DNA from: an uncultured Ruminococcus sp.
Lineage (GTDB): Bacteria > Bacillota > Clostridia > Oscillospirales > CAG-272
Direction of reading: 5' to 3'
Assembly: GCA_964397225.1 (NCBI GenBank)
Contig: CAYNHY010000003.1
Location: 1-33,469 of the forward strand
Length of the DNA stretch: 33,469 nt
Part shown: piece after piece, positions 32,875-33,469 of the stretch
How positions within the stretch are numbered: position 1 is the first letter of the stretch
How the letters are laid out: each line of letters begins with the position of its first letter
Notes under the pieces: generated by a model
The model's database searches: none
What the model was told of the DNA's origin: nothing
Seen by the model: the letters and a program-made list of their open reading frames with translations, nothing else
Program-made: the position numbers and the translations under genes

Positions 32875-33027
32875 ATGACGGCAAACATTATCCTCATTTT
32901 GATACTTGCCGCTATCGTCGGCTCAGCGGTATGGTATCTCGTAAGGGCACACCGCCGCGGACAAAAATGCGTCGGCTGTCCGTACTGCAAAGAGTGTGGT
33001 GACCACAAAAAAGGCGGCTGTTCTTAA
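32875..33027 (+). CDS. FeoB-associated Cys-rich small membrane protein (50 aa)
   Basis: Not in the ORF track because it is under 60 aa. MTANIILILILAAIVGSAVWYLVRAHRRGQKCVGCPYCKECGDHKKGGCS*, i.e. one TM helix plus CxxCxxCxxC. AAAGGAGG RBS at 32858-32865. Confidence 0.75.
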   Translation: MTANIILILILAAIVGSAVWYLVRAHRRGQKCVGCPYCKECGDHKKGGCS

Positions 33028-33049
33028 AAACAGCTTCGTTCCCAAAATG

Positions 33050-33096
33050 GCGGGTACGGCATGGTTATTTTACCGGTGCCGTGCCCGCTTTTTTTT
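33050..33096 (+). terminator. Rho-independent terminator of the feo operon
   Basis: gcgggtacggca-(15 nt)-tgccgtgcccgc, a 12-bp stem with one G:U pair, followed by T8. Confidence 0.8.
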
Positions 33097-33155
33097 AAAG
33101 TTTTCGCGCGAGAGAAAAAAATTTGCCTGCGCGGAGCTAATTCACGTGAGAGGAA

Positions 33156-33184
33156 TTGAAAATCGGCTTTATTTGTGATAAAAT
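33156..33184 (+). promoter_or_regulatory. Sigma-70-type promoter for ddh
   Basis: TTGAAA (33156-33161)-N17-TAAAAT (33179-33184), with TGTGA extended -10 context. Confidence 0.55.
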
Positions 33185-33290
33185 ATTTGCGGATACAATT
33201 CCCTCTCGAAAGAGAACGCGGCGCGAAGATACGTATACGTATCTTTCGTGCAAATCTATGCCGCCGCGCGGCGGCGAAAAGGAGATCAAC

Positions 33291-33469
33291 ATGAGTATAA
33301 GGATCGGTATTTACGGCTACGGAAATCTCGGACGCGGTGTCGAAGCGGCTGTCAGACAAAACAGCGACATGACACTTGAGGCAGTCTTCACGCGACGTGC
33401 GCCCGAATCGCTCAGCATCAAAACGGAAGGTGTGCCCGTAATGCACGCGGACGATGTTCTGAAGATGAA
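33291..33469 (+). CDS. ddh: meso-Diaminopimelate D-dehydrogenase, N-terminal 59 aa (continues beyond the window)
   Basis: Not in the track because it has no in-window stop. MSIRIGIYGYGNLGRGVEAAVRQNSDMTLEAVFTRRAPESL... matches the Ddh N-terminal Rossmann pattern (IxIxGYGNLGRxVE...PDMxLVxxFSRR). AAAAGGAGA RBS. Confidence 0.75.
   Translation, partial: MSIRIGIYGYGNLGRGVEAAVRQNSDMTLEAVFTRRAPESLSIKTEGVPVMHADDVLKM

Noticed and set aside
31358-32884. 508-aa minus-strand ORF
   Set aside because: Antisense to feoB, which is unambiguous (G-domain motifs plus a permease domain).
33185-33290. Lysine (L-box) riboswitch upstream of ddh
   Set aside because: The leader is only ~100 nt and lacks the conserved L-box blocks. 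I report it only as an unexplained structured leader.
33024-33446. 140-aa minus-strand ORF at the right edge
   Set aside because: It spans the feo terminator, the ddh promoter/leader and the ddh start in antisense, and has no RBS or motif.

Overview
This is about 33.5 kb of high-GC chromosomal DNA. SCIFF plus its radical-SAM maturase, ECF-type FolT behind a THF riboswitch, HprK, and (S/P)PxTG-type sorting signals together suggest Clostridia; that placement is inference. Most long ORFs in the six-frame track are antisense shadows of the real genes. Several real genes are missing from the track because they are under 60 aa or run off the window.

Gene order:
- 1-5211: a partial glycyl-radical enzyme translationally coupled to a MATE pump (minus strand), then a divergent LysR regulator and a second MATE pump.
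- 5253-6647: a CapA-like metallophosphatase.
- 6861-10572: a three-gene envelope operon (class-A beta-lactamase-fold hydrolase, phosphodiester glycosidase, unknown membrane-anchored protein).
- 10617-14552: tRNA-Lys(UUU), a GH36 alpha-galactosidase with a duplicated C-terminal domain, and an alpha/beta-hydrolase esterase.
- 14596-16665: an EF-G2-type paralog.
- 17149-20712: a compact 2-aminoethylphosphonate (AEP) biosynthesis operon, phnW, then a cytidylyltransferase-PEP mutase fusion, then phosphonopyruvate decarboxylase.
- 21093-24724: three tandem paralogous surface-protein genes that share a near-identical Thr-rich stalk and SPITGD sorting-signal cassette. The middle copy has no globular domain.
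- 24912-30239 (one minus-strand run): SCIFF precursor, its maturase, hprK, THF riboswitch, folT, folC and an unknown exported protein.
- 30495-33027: feoA, feoB and a small Cys-rich FeoB-associated protein, with a shared palindrome at the promoter and between feoA and feoB.
- 33291 onward: the start of meso-diaminopimelate dehydrogenase.

I saw no CRISPR array, rRNA, transposase, integrase or recognisable defence system. The most interesting material is the phosphonate operon next to the recombining surface-protein family. Lesser items are the feo palindromes, the unusual glycyl-radical enzyme and the GH36 extension.
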